From Sphyrna mokarran (lineage: Eukaryota), in assembly GCA_024679065.1 (NCBI GenBank), contig JAGIQG010000020.1, positions 8,804,001 to 8,868,000 on the forward strand: DNA of 64,000 bases. The letters run 5' to 3'. The stretch's first letter is position 1. Each line of letters begins with the position of its first letter. Shown one piece after another: positions 36,101 through 49,954 of this stretch. The notes beneath the pieces are model-generated. The model ran no database searches and was not told where the DNA came from. It saw only the letters and a program-made list of their open reading frames with translations. A program made the translations under genes and the position numbers.

Positions 36101-38539
36101 ATGAAAAGGATATCATATAGGGAACGGTTGGACAAATTGGAGCTGTAGTCATTAGAGTTTCGAAGAATTAGAGGTGATCCTGCTGAAACACCTACTATCC
36201 TGAGGGGAACTGAGATGGTGAATGCTGAGGAAGTGCTTCCCCTCTAAAGAGACTAGAAGAAGGAGGCATGAGTTAAAATAAGAGGTTTTCCAATTGAGAT
36301 GGAGATAAAGAGAATTTCATTCTCCGAGAGCCATTGGCCTGTGGAACTCGAAATATTTACTAGAAATATTTCATCGTGTATAGTGGTGGATGATTAACAA
36401 CTCACTGGAGGTGAAGACATCACAAGTTTTCCCATCCTCAATGAATAGTGGAAAATACCAGGCTAACGCATTCGCAACAATCTTCAAACATATGCCAAGT
36501 GGACGATCCATCTTGACCTTCTACAAAAGCGGTCAGCATCACAGGTGTCAATCATCAGCCAAATCAATTTGCTCCACGTGATATCAAGAAATGGCCGAAC
36601 GCATTGGATATTGCAAGGCTTTGGGCCTTAACAATATTCTGTCGACAGTCCTGACGACTTGTACTCCAGACAATGCGGCACCGCCAATCAAGTTGTTTCA
36701 GTACAGCTACAACACTGACATCTAACCGGCATTGCAGAAAATTACCCGGTAATGTCCTCTAGTCAAAAAGAAGGGCAACTCCAACTTTATTCGTTAGCCA
36801 TCAGGCCACTTCAAGTCATCAGTAAATTAATGGAAGGTGTTATTAACAACATAATCAAACTGCGGGAACTTAGCATCAACCTACTCATCGGCACGTAGTT
36901 TGGATTCCGCTAGTCACTCAGTGCCTGAATTCATTACAGCCTTGGGTTAAACATGAACAAGAGTAATTGAATGTCCGATGTGAAGTGACTGTCTTTGACG
37001 TCAAGGTAACACGTATGGAATTAAGGAGCCCGAGCAACACAGGAGTCAATGAGAGTCAGGAGGAAAACTCTACGCTGGTTGGAGTCATACCTGGCACAGA
37101 AAAGACTAGTGTGGTGGTTGGAGTTCAAGCATCTAATTTGCAAACTTCACTGCAGAAGTTTCTCAAAATAGTGCCCGAAGCCCAATCATCTTCAGCTGCT
37201 GGAACGATCCTGCTTGCATCATAACGTCAGCAGTGGGGATGATCGCACAGTGTAGAGTACCATTCCCGCATCCTCAGAAACTGAAGCCATACATGTCCAA
37301 ATGTATTAGTTTCCTGGACAATATCCAAGCTTAGATTGGCAAGCGGCAAGTAACCTTCCTGACAAAGTAGTGCCAGGAAATGACCGTCTCCAACAACAGA
37401 GAATATAACGATTATCCCTTGACATTCAATGGTATTGCCATCATTGTCGACATTCTGAGGGCGACCATTGACCAACTGATCTTGACATTTAAGTATGGTG
37501 GCTACAAGAGCAGGTCAGAGGGTATGAATCCTGTCGCAAGTATTTCTCTTCCTGACTCGCCAAACCTGTCCACCATCTGCGAGGCACAAGGCAGGAATGT
37601 GATGGAATATTTGTATTAGCCAGGAGAGTGCAGCTTCTATAACTTTCAAGAAACTCACGCCATCCAGGACAAAACTTTACTGGCACTACTTCTAGAAAAC
37701 TCCCTCCGCCATGATGAACAGAAGCAGCAGTGTGTACCATCTGCAAGACGTACTGCGAAAAACCATAGCAGCTCCATCTGCAGCATCTTACAAAAATCAC
37801 ATCGCTACTGTCCGGAAGGACAAGGGCAACAGACGCATGGGAACACCACCACGTTAGCATTTTCCTCCAACCCATTCGCAATCTGATATGGGGATATATT
37901 GCTTACCTAAACCACAGGGACTGCGCTGATTCAACAAAGCAGTTCACCACTATCATTTCGAGGGCAATTAGCGGTGAGGAATAAATGCTGGTCTAGTCAG
38001 CGACGCCCACGTCACGTAAAAAAAATACAGAATTCGATAGATTCCTGATTGAAACCAAAGAGTATAGAGGTGGACAGAAATGTGGAGTCAAGCTCACGAT
38101 CACAGCAGCCATGAACTTAGGCTTAATCTTCCTTCCAATTGGTATGATCATATGATTCATATTTCCACCCTTTTTGTCTATTTTTATCCTATCAAATTAC
38201 TGAACCTTCTGATCCACTAGTGTGGCACTGGAAGCATTATATTTAGTGAATGACGCAGGAAAGGAAGTGATAGTGAAACATTTAGTGATACTGGGTTCTT
38301 ACTGCTTCTAGTCGGTTGGATTTTCTGATATTATGGAAATTCGCCACAGAAAAGGGGAACTCATTAAACATCCGAATTAATTGACAATATCTTCAAAGAA
38401 TATTCTGAAAACGACTTTCATGTCCGAATCCCTATTTTCCAAATCTCCACGTATTTTGCCAGGAATTGATATTTTGAGATATTTTAACCGCAGATAACCT
38501 TCATGTAATAACACGGTTCTTCGTATACCAAGTGCAATA

Positions 38540-38553
38540 TTGCCATCTGCTGG
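38540..38553 (-). promoter_or_regulatory. Candidate CTCF site upstream of cluster 2
   Basis: CCAGCAGATGGCAA, identical to 18236-18249 within otherwise diverged flanks. Confidence 0.6.
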
Positions 38554-41463
38554 TTCAGCCGCGAAAAGCACATTCATTGGAATTCGTTCTGGACTTCTTT
38601 CATCTATTATGCGTATTCCAATAGAAAGCAGGGGAATGAAATGACAAATTGGAACATAAAACCCCGGATAAATTCAGGAGATCTGGTAGCGCTTGTGTAT
38701 AAGAGGTATTCGCACTGCCGTGTTCGGTGAAACAGCGTTCAGCCTCTAACAAATTGAGCGTAAATCCCACCACTACGTTTATCATGCATCTCAAACGTTT
38801 GGAAAACAGGTGCGGGCGCAGCCTCAGACAAGAGAGCAGGAACTAACACTGTCAAGCATGGCGAATGTCCGGTGATTAATTATCGGATTAAGATTGCAGA
38901 TTCCTGGAACAAGCAATGATTCTAAATCCCACCATGGTATCTAGCAATAAATTTTGAACAAAAGTAGTTATAATAATGCTAACCATGAAATCACTGAATT
39001 GCTGAAAAAGCATTCGTTCATTAACATCATTTCGGGCAGGAAATCTGCCATCCTTACTTAATACATACGTTACCACTCGTTTTTCGTTCGTGAAAAAGGT
39101 ACAAAAGCCTAAGGAAAGGTACAAACCAACTTAAGAACAGTTTCTTCCCTGGTGCCCTCAGACTTTTGAATGGACCTACCTCGTATTGAGTTGATGTTTC
39201 TCTACACCCTAGCTATGAGTGTAACAATACTGCACTCTCTCTTTTCCTTCTCTATGAACGGTATTCTTTGTAGGTATATCATGTAAGAAACAATATTTGT
39301 CACTATATACTATTATGCAAGACAATAATGAGTCAAATCAAATCAAAAACATTTGTGCTATTAGGGAAACATTTGCATAATACATGACCAGCTACGTTGG
39401 TGACACGCAGTTAGCAGTGGTACTGATGTTGAACCTCCTGATCAGATTGGTTTATGTGTTACAGAAAAAGCCCGTTCACCTGAAATGGTTGTAAAAATAA
39501 CAGCAAAGTAAGGCCAAAGCGGCAGTAGCGCAAATTTTATTTTCAATTACTGAGGTAGTTAAGGATGAGAAATAGAGGCCAGGAGTGATGGACTTTGGGG
39601 GAGAGAGAGGCGAACATCAGAGCGCATGTATAACCTAGCAGAAAACAAGAACACAATTGAAAACATACTATTAATTATGTAAATTGTGAAAAGTTGGGGC
39701 CACAGCACTGATCACTGTAGCACAGCACTCCTTACATCTTGCTGATCAGAAAATTGTTCTTCTTGCCCACTCTCGGTTTTCTGTTCGCTTGCAAATTTTC
39801 TGTCCATGACCCCACAAGATAAACTCTCTTTTCCGCAATACACTTTGATGTGACATCTTATTAAATGATTACTGAAAACCACAGCACATCCACCTGCTCC
39901 CCTTTATCCACAGCATGTTACTTCTTCAAATCACTCCAGTAAATTGGCTGGACATATTCCCTTTGACAAAACTGTGTTGGCTGTATCTGATTATCGTGAT
40001 TTTACTTATATGTCCCGCTGTCAAACCTTTAATAACAGCTGCTAATATTTTCCGTATATGTCACATGTTCAGCTAACTGGCGTTGTACAGCTAAAATGTG
40101 TTGTTTCCTTTTTCCTATTGCATTAAGGTGCTACATTCGCTGTTTTCCAATCTAATGGACGCTTCCCAGAAACTGGGACAATTTGGAACATTAAAATCAA
40201 CCCATCAATTGTCTCATTCGTCATTTCCTTTAAGACGCTCAGGAATTGAGGAGTTATCAGCCCACGTCTTCAACAATTTTCTTAATGTCATTTACCTGAC
40301 GTTCTAATTTTCTTGAGTCTTTCTCTTGCATTTCCTGCTTTACAGTTATTTCTGTGATACTATTTGTATCCTCTACAGTGAAGAATAAGGCAAAATATCT
40401 GTTCTCTTCATCTGAAATCTTTTTGTTTGCTACAAATTCTCCAGAGTCAATTTCTATCGGGCTGTCTGCCACTCTATTAATTGTTTTTAATCATTTAACT
40501 TTACAATTTTAAGTTAATGTATTAGTGTCACGAGTAGGGATACATTAACACTGCAATAAAATTACTGTGAAATCCCCCAGTCGCTGCACTCCTGGCACCT
40601 GTGCTCGCGTACACTGAAAGAGAATTAGCAATGCTAAGCACTGCGCCAAAGTCCCAAATGCAAGAAATAACTAAAAAAAACGCAGAGTATTCGGGAAACA
40701 AATCAGCTGGTCTGGAAGCATCTGTGGAGACAGAAACAGATTGACAATTGCGTCTCCAAAGTTGCCAGATGAAAATATATGCAATGAGTTTTGTTGACCT
40801 GAAATTCACTGCAAGAGTACAGGAAACCGATCCAATTATAACTTCGAGATGAAAATTGGATAGACTCATGAAACCGATATCTGCGTGAAATGCTAATCAA
40901 GCTCTGGAATGCGATTACTTGGATAGCTCTTTCAAAGAGTACAGTGGGTCAATGATATTTTGTGTTGTATTCTTCTGTGAAATGGCTGGGAACTGAGCTC
41001 AATATAATTTACTAAATCACTTTTCAATTTTGTTTCCGTTTGGAGGGAACCTCCAAACCACTGTTTTATCCTTTCTATGTACACATATTTTTCTTCAACT
41101 GGTGACATAAAGTTGCACAGCCAAAGTTGTTCTGATCAGAAATGCAAAAGTTTAAATGATGACGGAGCAGATTCAGAAGTATCTTCTCAAAGTCAATAGA
41201 AATTACGTGTGAAACTAAACAATTGAAAAATTAAGGCGAGAGAATGCTTTGGATTAACTGACCCTCGTCAATTCTCTTTGCTTCTATCCTAAACCGTTGT
41301 CCACTGATCCTAAGTCTCAGCCCCGTGTCCCAGATTTCACAGCCAGGGCAGACATCCAGCTGGACTTCTCAATTGCAAGGGCGGGGTCTTTTGGATAGTT
41401 GGTTTGTCCGCTCCGCCAAGTCAATTCTTCGCTCATTCTGTGTGCTCCTCAGTCATTGGACAT

Positions 41464-41970
41464 ATAGAACATAGAACATTACAGCGCAGTACAGGCCCTT
41501 CGGCCCTCCATGTTGCTCCGGCCAGTGGACCCTCTAACCTAAACTATTCCAATATCATCCATATGCCTATCCACCGAACATTTGAATGCCCCCAAAGTAG
41601 GCGAGTCCACAACTGCCGCAGGCAGGGCATTCCACGCTCTCACCACCCTCTGTGTAAAGAACCTGCCTCTGACATCCGTCCTATAACTACCACCTCTTAA
41701 TTTAAAGTTATGTCCCCTCGTGTTGGTCATCACCATCCGAGGAAAAAGGCTCTCACTATCCACCCTATCCAGTCCTTTGATCATCTTATACGCCTCACCG
41801 CGTAACCTTCTTCTCTCTAATGAAAATAACCTCAGGTCCCTCAGCCTTTCCTCATAAGGCCTTCCCACCATACCAGGCAACATCCTGGTAAACCTCCTTT
41901 GCACCCTTTCCAATGCTTCCACATCTTTCTTATAATGCGGCGACCAGAACTGTACGCAATACTCCAAGTG
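41464..41970 (-). mobile_element. Young 5'-truncated CR1 LINE, unit 2 only
   Basis: Uninterrupted RT C-terminus (HLEYCVQFWSPHYKKDVEALERVQRRFTRMLPG...VDRHMDD), (ttctatg)n tail; empty site at ~21180 in unit 1. Confidence 0.92.
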
Positions 41971-43468
41971 GTAGGAGTAGAAATCAGCCAAAGGCATGAT
42001 CTCCTTCTGCGGAGGATTTACCACCTTAGAGGACTGACGGCCAGTCGTTTGTGTAGCAACTCTAGGTTCGATAGGTAACGACAGTTCGGATTACAACTTC
42101 TCTCGAAAGACAAAATCCGATGTAGGCCAAATGAAGTAGGTTCTTGGGGCTTTGGTGCGGCCAAGTTACAAATCCTACCGAGGGAAATAATGGTGTTCCT
42201 CTTGCCGGACTCTGACAGTTAGATAATTGTCTTGACATAGTCCGGTCCCAACCAGAGGAATAAATGTAGTGCGGACAGGATGAAGCACTTGATTGACTCT
42301 TACTAGGTCACTTAAGGCCCCAATAGGCTTAAAGGTGCGCGCGCTGCGCAACGAATTTGTTCTTTCCAACAGTTGGAGGAGATTTCTAATCATTACTGAA
42401 CAGTAGAACTGTTTAGTGACGGTGAGATAGAGCTTTGTGCTTTCACAGTGCATAAAAACCCTGATGTGCTTTCAGATGATACCTAGAGAGGGGAGCATAT
42501 GGATGGGAAAAAGAATGGGGGGCAGAGACGTATTGTTGAGTTGCTAGCATGGGAGCAGGAAGACAAGCCATTGCAGATAAATCTGTGGATATTATCTGAT
42601 AAACAGCCGCTGAATTCCCCCCACTGAGGGAGAATTGAAACAGGAATCCTGGCGCCCAGCTGCCTTCGTAGTGAAGGATCTTTGTGACGTCACTGCTGTG
42701 TTTCAGGAAAAAATGGCGTTCTCACTAACTCGTGTCCTCAAAGTTTCTCCACTTCTAAACCCCACCACAATGTATGTCTCTGCACTGATGAAGTAAACGC
42801 TGAGAGTGTTGGTGTGTCTGAGATCTAACTGCAGCTGCTATCCGGATTTTTGTGTTCCGCCCAGCCGGAAAATGCCACTGGCTGCTCTCTTGCGATGTCT
42901 GCAAGAGAAGAGAAATATTTTGAGTGTGTGAAAGTGACATAAGCATATAAGCGAAAAAACTCACAAAAGTTTGGTGAGGTAACGATCACTTATTTTCCTT
43001 CAGCCCAGTTCTGCTTCGGAGTAGGAGAAGCCTAGCCCTCCCCGGCAAACAATGCGGCTCTCTCTCAAACTTTGTTAGAAGATTCAGTTCGGCCATCCCT
43101 CCGCCCGACTTTGTTGTCTCTCCAGGCAGCGTTGTTTTCCTGCAAAGGAACAGGAGGGGAGGGTGCAAGCAGGCCACGTGGTAGACGCACGTGAGGGAGT
43201 TAGCAGAGATTGATGAGAACAGGGACTGATCCTGGCTGAGTGGAGGAAGTCATTCATTCTCTACCTACACTTGCACTTCCGTGTGCGGAGTGTTGGCACT
43301 AAAGAGAGCTGCCACTGCAGTTCATGCCATGTTGATGAACATGCTAGAGGGCCGCCTCCTTGTCTTTGTTTTCGGACTCTCATCTGCACCCCTTCAGTAT
43401 TTTGCCCTGCTCCGGGTTTGAAAACTTTCGTGCTGCCTTCTCGGCAGTCATTCTCTGGTTTGGACTGA

Positions 43469-44200
43469 GATTTTGATTTGATTTATTTTTTTCACATGTA
43501 TTAACACACAGTGAAAATTATTGTTTCTTGCGCGCTACATAGACAAAACATACCGATCATAGAGAAGGAAATGAGAGAGTGCAAAATGTAGTATTATAGT
43601 CATAGCTAAAGTGCAAAGAAAGAACAATCAATGCAAGTAAGCCCATTCAAAAGGCTGACAATAGAAGGGATGAAGATTTTTTTGAGTCAATTGATACGTG
43701 ACCTGAAACATTTGTATCTTTTTCCCGAAGGAAGAAGATAGAATGTGCGGGATGTGTGCGGTCCTTAATTATGCTCGCTGCTTTGCCAACACAGCGGGAA
43801 GTGTAGACAGAGTCAATGGATGGGAGGCTGGTTTGTATGAAAGGATTAGGCTACATTCACGATCTTTTGTAGTTCCTTGGGCCTTGGGCAGAACAGAAGA
43901 CATACCAAACTGTGATACAACCAGAAAGAATGTTTTCCCTGGTGCATCTGTAAAAGTTAGTGGGAATCGTAGCTGACATGCCAAATTTCCTTCGTCTTCT
44001 GCGAAAATAGAGGCGTTGGTGGGCTTTCTCAACGGTACTGTCAGCATGGGGGGACCAGGACAATTTGTTGGTGATCTGAATACCAAAGAACTGAAAGCTC
44101 TCGACCCTTTCTACTTTATCCCAATTGACGTAGACAGGGATAGGTTCTCCTTTACGCTTCCTGAAGTCACTGACAATCTCGTTCGTTTTGTTGGCGTTGA
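43469..44200 (-). mobile_element. Rex1/Babar-clade LINE 3' portion
   Basis: SWSPHADSTVEKAHQRLYFRRRRRKFGMSATIPTNFYRCTRENILSGCITVWY; (aaatc)n tail at ~43470. Confidence 0.82.
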
Positions 44201-44558
44201 GAACAGGTTCTGGGCAATCGTTAAAGTGGAGCTTCCCAGTAATTCAAATAGCCAGCCTGAGAGCAGCCCGGCGAGTTAGAGTCCATCCGTGCAGCGAGTA
44301 GGTCATGTTTTAAAACTGAAGGTACGGCAGGAAAACATACACCGCCATTGGTGGGCAACCGCCCAGTTTTCCCGCCGGACAGGACATTTGGCTAAAATTT
44401 TGAAAATACCGCCCGGCATCTGGAGTATTGTGTACAGTTTTGGTCTGCGCAAGTGAAACCATTTAATAGCGTCAGAAGCAACTCAACGAATGTTCATTCC
44501 ACAGTTGAAAGAGCAAGCTGATTTGGAAAGGTTTTACAGATAAGTGTTTAAAGGAAAC

Positions 44559-44772
44559 TTAGAATCATAGAATCCCCACAATGCAGAAGAAGTCCGTTCA
44601 GCCCATCGAATCTATGCCAACCATAATTCCACCCCCGCCCTACTCCCGTAACCCCACATATTTACCCTGCTAATACTCTGACACTAGGGGCAAATGACCA
44701 ATTAACCTAACCCGCATACCTTTGGACTGTGGGAGGAAACCGGAGCACGCGGGAGAATCTCACGCAGACACG
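44559..44772 (-). mobile_element. V-SINE 3' part with CR1-derived tail
   Basis: Plus-strand tttggactgtgggaggaaaccggagcac...cacgcagacac is the reverse complement of the V core; tagaatca tail. Confidence 0.75.
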
Positions 44773-45995
44773 ATAACAAGAGATCAAACTGCAACATGTA
44801 AGGCCCTGAGGGGAATTGATAGGTGGCTGTTGAGAACTGTTTCCCCTTGTGGGAGAGACTGGAACTAGGAGACATAGCATTGAAGGAAGAAATCTTCTAT
44901 ATAAGTGGGTATGGAAAAACTATTTCGCTCAGAGCGTCATTTGACTTTCGATTTCTTTGCCCATAAAACAATGTCACTGAACAATTTTAGGACAGTTAGG
45001 CTGATTCTTGGCTATCAAGTTTATATAAGGGTATATGGGGGCGGACGGGAAAATGGATTAAAGACCAGGATCAAATGAGCCATGATCTTAGAAAATAGCA
45101 GATCAGGACTGGGGGCTAAATGATCGAATTCTGTTGCTGATTGTATGTTCTTGTTAGTTTTCTTTGCTTCCAATTTGATCGTATCCAAGTTTTGGACCAT
45201 CAGATGATTTACTGAGGTGTTGGTAGCATCACCTTTTATGATATCACAGTCAAAGCACAAGTAGCAAGACTGCTACACACACTCTGGGAACAATCTGCTA
45301 GTTTTTGCATATATAAACCTAAGTCAATCGGAAATTCTGATATTCTATATTTCCATCAATAACGAAACTCATTAAATGAGGTAATTGGAAATGCCTGAGA
45401 ACAATATTCTAAAAATGCTTTTATTTTTAATCCATATTTTCCGAGCGTCAATTAATTTTGTGCGGAGTCATTTTGTCTACAACGTTCGTGAGGATATGAT
45501 TGAATACAACTCCTATTTAAAAAGTAGATTTCCACATAAATTAAACTCGCTATTGTCAATTGGGAAAAATATTACCACCACCAGCGATCTGGTTTGAACA
45601 GGGCTGTGTTTGATAAATAGGTTGTCGGCTTGGCATGTTTTAAATGCATTTAATGATGGCTGTAATTGATGGGTTCTCTTCGACGTAATCTACAAGAACA
45701 CTGGAAGCTCCTATGTGAAATAATAAAAACTCTGTAGAGAAACTATTCCTGATATGCTTCTCTTCTAACTGCATTCTGTGAAAGATGTCCAGCGGGCGTT
45801 TTTAAGAAACGATGTTCAAATATTGCATCCAAAACTAAGAAAGTGGAAAAGATAGTTGAATACATTTTATGACGTATCAAAGAGTTTATGTAACCATCAG
45901 TTAATTTGGATTCTTAGCGTTGTTACTATTTTGAGATATTTTAACCATTCTTAATGAAATACAATTTCCCGGCCCTGTGCACACGAAGTGCAATA

Positions 45996-46009
45996 TTGCC
46001 ACCTTGTGG
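45996..46009 (-). promoter_or_regulatory. Candidate CTCF site, third (older) paralog between clusters 2 and 3
   Basis: CCACAAGGTGGCAA; flanks attttgagatattttaacc and aagtgcaatat match the 38470-38540 region. Confidence 0.6.
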
Positions 46010-46364
46010 TTCGTAAGCATATGGCCCACAGGGATGGCGCGGTCGCTTTCGAATTGATGGATTTCATGCAAGCCTCCCATCGTAGGCTGGAATTCTGTTG
46101 CAATTGTTCATCAGATACATAAATGTTAGTGTATGTTGGTACAAGTATACATTTGGTATATCCGATGAGGAACAAACATTTACATAGCTAACGTATTTTC
46201 TGCATGTAATAAATAATGTTCTCAATGCATTTGTTGCTCAGAATGTAATCGGTAATTGAAAACATGTCAGATATTGAATTGGCTCATAATTCCCAGGCTA
46301 TATTTAATAAAGGATACGACATACGGAGTGGAAATTATGTCCCGACTGAATACCTGTCTACATG

Positions 46365-47547
46365 GACTACATGTTGTCTGCATGGACTTCAGAAAGGCCT
46401 TTGACGAGGTCCCTCATGGGAGATCGTGCAGACGTGAAATCGCATGGGCTCAGAGGTGAGCTGGCAAGATGGTTACAAAACTGACTCGTTCAAAGAAGAC
46501 AAAGGGTAGCAGTAGAAGGATGCGTTTCTGAATGAAGGGCTGTGACAAATGGTGTTTTTCAGGGATCAGTGCTGGGATCTTTGCTGTTTGTAACATATAT
46601 GAATGATTTGGAGGAAAATGTAACTGGGATGATTAGTAAGTTTGCTAACGACACTAAAGTTTATGGATTTGCGGTTAGCGATGAGGAGCATCAGAGGATA
46701 CAGCAGGATATAGATCATTTGGAATCTGAGGCAGAGAGAAAACGGATGGAGTTTAATCCAGACAAATGTCAGGTAATGTATTTTGGAAGATCTAATATAG
46801 ATAGGAAATATATAGTAAATGGCAAAATCCTGAGGAGTATTGATAGGCAAAGGGATCTGGGGATACAGGTCCTCAGGTCACTGAAAGTGGCAAAGCAGAT
46901 GGAGAGGGTAGTCAAGAAGGCATACGGCATGCTTGTCTTCATTGGCCGGGGAATTGAGTTGAAAAATTGGCAAGTCATGTTGCAGCTTTATAGAATCATA
47001 GTTAGGCTGCACTTGGAATATAGTGTTCAATTCTGGTCGCCACACTACCTGAAGGATGTGGAGGCTTTGGAGAGGGTACAGAAAAGATGTACCAGAATGT
47101 TTTTTGTTATGGAGGGCATTAGCTATGAGGAGAGTTTAGAGAAACCTGATTTGTTCTCACTGGACGGAAAGTTAAGATGAGACCTGATAGAAGTCTACAA
47201 GATTATTAAAGGCATGGATAGAGTGGAAGCTTTTTGCCAGAGTAGAAGAGTCAATAACTAGGGGGCATAGGTTTAAGGTGCGACGGACAAGTTTTAAAAG
47301 AGATGTACGAGTTAGATTTTTTACATAGAGAGTGGTGGGTGTCTGGAACTTGTTGCCAGGGGAGGTAGTGGAAGCGGATATAATAGTGACTTTTAAGAGG
47401 CGTCTTGACAAGTACATGAATGGGATGGGAATAGAGGGATATGGTCCCCGGAATCGTAGGGGGTTTAACTTAAATCAGGCAGCGTGGTCAGTGCAGGCTT
47501 GGAGGGCCGAAGGGCTGTGCTCGAAAATTTTTTTTGTTCTTTGTTTT
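46365..47547 (+). mobile_element. CR1 LINE RT and 3' end
   Basis: 212-aa ORF 46542-47180 (GVFQGSVLGSLLF..SKFANDTK..HLEYSVQFWSPHY); catalytic DD reads ND; CR1 tail. Confidence 0.92.
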
Positions 47548-47984
47548 TGGTACCGAGACTATTAAAGGGTGGAGTTTCCTCGGATTTAGAATAATAGGCG
47601 ATCCAGAAGAAACCGGGAAATGGAACTGGGCTTTGGTAATGGACTAAAACGGGCCAATGAATCGCAGATGATTTTCAGGGAATAAAAGCTGTGAACAAAT
47701 CATTTTGGTGTTTTCAGCGTGATGATCCAATTTAAGATCCACAGTTTACATGAGGGATTTTGTCGGAACGTGCACGGAAACTAATGTTGTGCAATGCGTG
47801 AAGCTCGAAGAAGTTCCTTGTTCATAGTTGCACGTGTGGTGTCAAATACGAACCATCGCATACATATTGGAGTTGTTCTTGTCGTGATCATAGCGCAGAA
47901 TGTGTTCATGGTGCTGCAGTGTAGCTTTACCAAGAACAATCAAAACTACATTGCCATACTGAAAAACAAATATAATGAGAACTT

Positions 47985-49200
47985 CCCCGAATCTGGGGAA
48001 TTTTTGGAAAAGAAACCCGAAACTTTTAACTAACTCATTTCATGATACTTGGATGAGATCCATTCGGATCCGGTTTTTGTCAGGCTGCCGTTCCAAAGAT
48101 TTACTGAGTACTGCCTCTCTGCTAACTGTAATTTCGTCAGTTTCTTCCTCCTTCCACTTTCTGATTGTTAGCTATTTCTGGGATGTTATGTGTATCTTCA
48201 ATAATGAAGAATGATGAAATATACCTGTTCAATACATCTGCAATCTCTTTGATTTCCTTTACAAATTCTCCGGATTCGCTTTCGAAATGACCAACTTTTG
48301 TCAACTTTTCTTTTTTAAAAAAAACGTAAGATATCTACCTGTCTTTTTTCTTTATATTTCTGGTAAATTCTAATTATTCCATCCTTGTTAATTTTTAGTC
48401 ATTCTTTGTTATTCCTTATATTTTGTTCAATCTTCTGAGATTCCACCAGTCTTTGCGTCGTTGTGCGCTTTTTTAAAGTTTCTTTCTATATTTAACTTTT
48501 CTGTTTAACCATAGATGGTGTCAGTCCATTGAACTTTTTCTTACTCGTATCTATTCCGTGCATTCAAAATGTTTCCCTTAAATACTTTCCATTGCCTTTC
48601 AACTGATCCATCCCTTAACCTAATTTATCAACTCACCCTAACCAACCCAGCTTTCGTATGTTCATATGTGCTCTACTTTAACATATATTAGAGCGATTGC
48701 TCTCTCTCTCTCTCAAACTGAATGCAAAATTCAATCATATTAATGTCGTTGATACCCGGGGTGCATTCCCTATGAGATCAGCAATTACTCCCATCCCGTT
48801 ACTCAATATCAGATCGAGTGCAACCTGTCCTCTGTTGCTTCGAAAGCTAAAATAACAGCCTGAAAACATGCAATGAATATTTAGCCTGAAGTTACATCTA
48901 ACTTTTCTAATCTATATGTCAATTTCGCTCCATGTTTAATTGAAAATATCATATGGTTATTTGCCTTACCTTTCTGACAAGCTCCAAATATTTCTTCCAT
49001 TATTCTCCACCCCATCATATGCTAACTGTTCGGGTACTTGTAGCAAAATGACTCCTTGCATTTACCCTTACGCATCTCTACCCAAACTGTTACCACATCC
49101 TGGTATCCTGAACTTAGATCATCCTTCTCTATTGTGTTGATACCGTCATTAACGAACATTCTCCTGACCATCCTAAATACCCGGCTCCTTTCAATATTGA
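47985..49200 (-). mobile_element. Old CR1 LINE fragment
   Basis: Aligns by eye to the CR1 at 19900-20270; endonuclease-region remnant (VVTVWVEMRKGK). Confidence 0.55.
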
Positions 49201-49954
49201 ACTTAGAGTCCAGGTCCTCCTGTAGCCATGTCGCCATTTTTGTCCGAAGTGAACTAACTTTCAGGCTCATCTACGGAATAGCACAAGTCAATGATCAATA
49301 GCAGTGTGTATCCTCTCACTCCTTCGGGAATGGTTTGTCGCAAGCGTGGGTGGCGAATTCAGGTGATTCCAAGGTCTCTATGACATAAATGCGTTATCCC
49401 TTCAGTATTGCAATGAAACTAATGTAATTTGCTCGCAATGAAATCCACTTTCCATTGAAAAAGAAAAGAAAGGGTGCACTTCTTTAAAAGTAGTCGGTAG
49501 GATTTGTCGACGTGTTCCCCGTCGGAGTTTAAACATTCATTCCGTCCTTGGGCGATAATTCTTAAACTGAATGGAAATCGAAAACACTGGGGCTTGAATA
49601 AGGAGTTGCGCTTCATGCAATGGTCTGCCAGCAGCCTACTCTGCACTATAGTTGGACCTTTCTTTCAGGTGAAGAATTATTTAAAGTCGCATTCGGTTAA
49701 ATGGCAATGTGTGATTGAATCTTGTAGGTTTGAACGAATCTCAATCCATCGCCAATGTAGCATAATCTTTTTAAAATCAATCGATGTAATTTCCCATCAA
49801 CTCAGTAGCGTCGCTATTGGGAGACGGAATTTACATTCAACAATTTCAGTATGTTATAAATTAGCCTGGTGTTAAGAAATGTGGAATATTAACTTCAAAA
49901 ATCGTCAAGGGGACTAATTCCAAGCATCCAATCAACAGTCGTGAGGTGTCATGC

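Larger units (their letters stand above)
22399..42603. repeat. Tandem segmental duplication unit 2 (IgL cluster 2 plus flanks)
   Basis: Colinear with 1-21801, with shared old TE insertions. Confidence 0.95.

Noticed and set aside
38214-38230. Second CTCF-like sequence CCACTAGTGTGGCAC
   Set aside because: One base too long for the core, and degraded in unit 1 (ccattaatgtggcgc).
42650-42662. TGGCGCCC resembling a tRNA-Lys primer-binding site
   Set aside because: Match is only 8-9 nt, with no recognisable LTR end or gag/pol nearby.
48072-48110. Perfect RSS nonamer GGTTTTTGT
   Set aside because: No CACTGTG at 12- or 23-nt spacing (best is TACTGAG at 21 nt, lacking the essential GTG); lies inside a decayed CR1.
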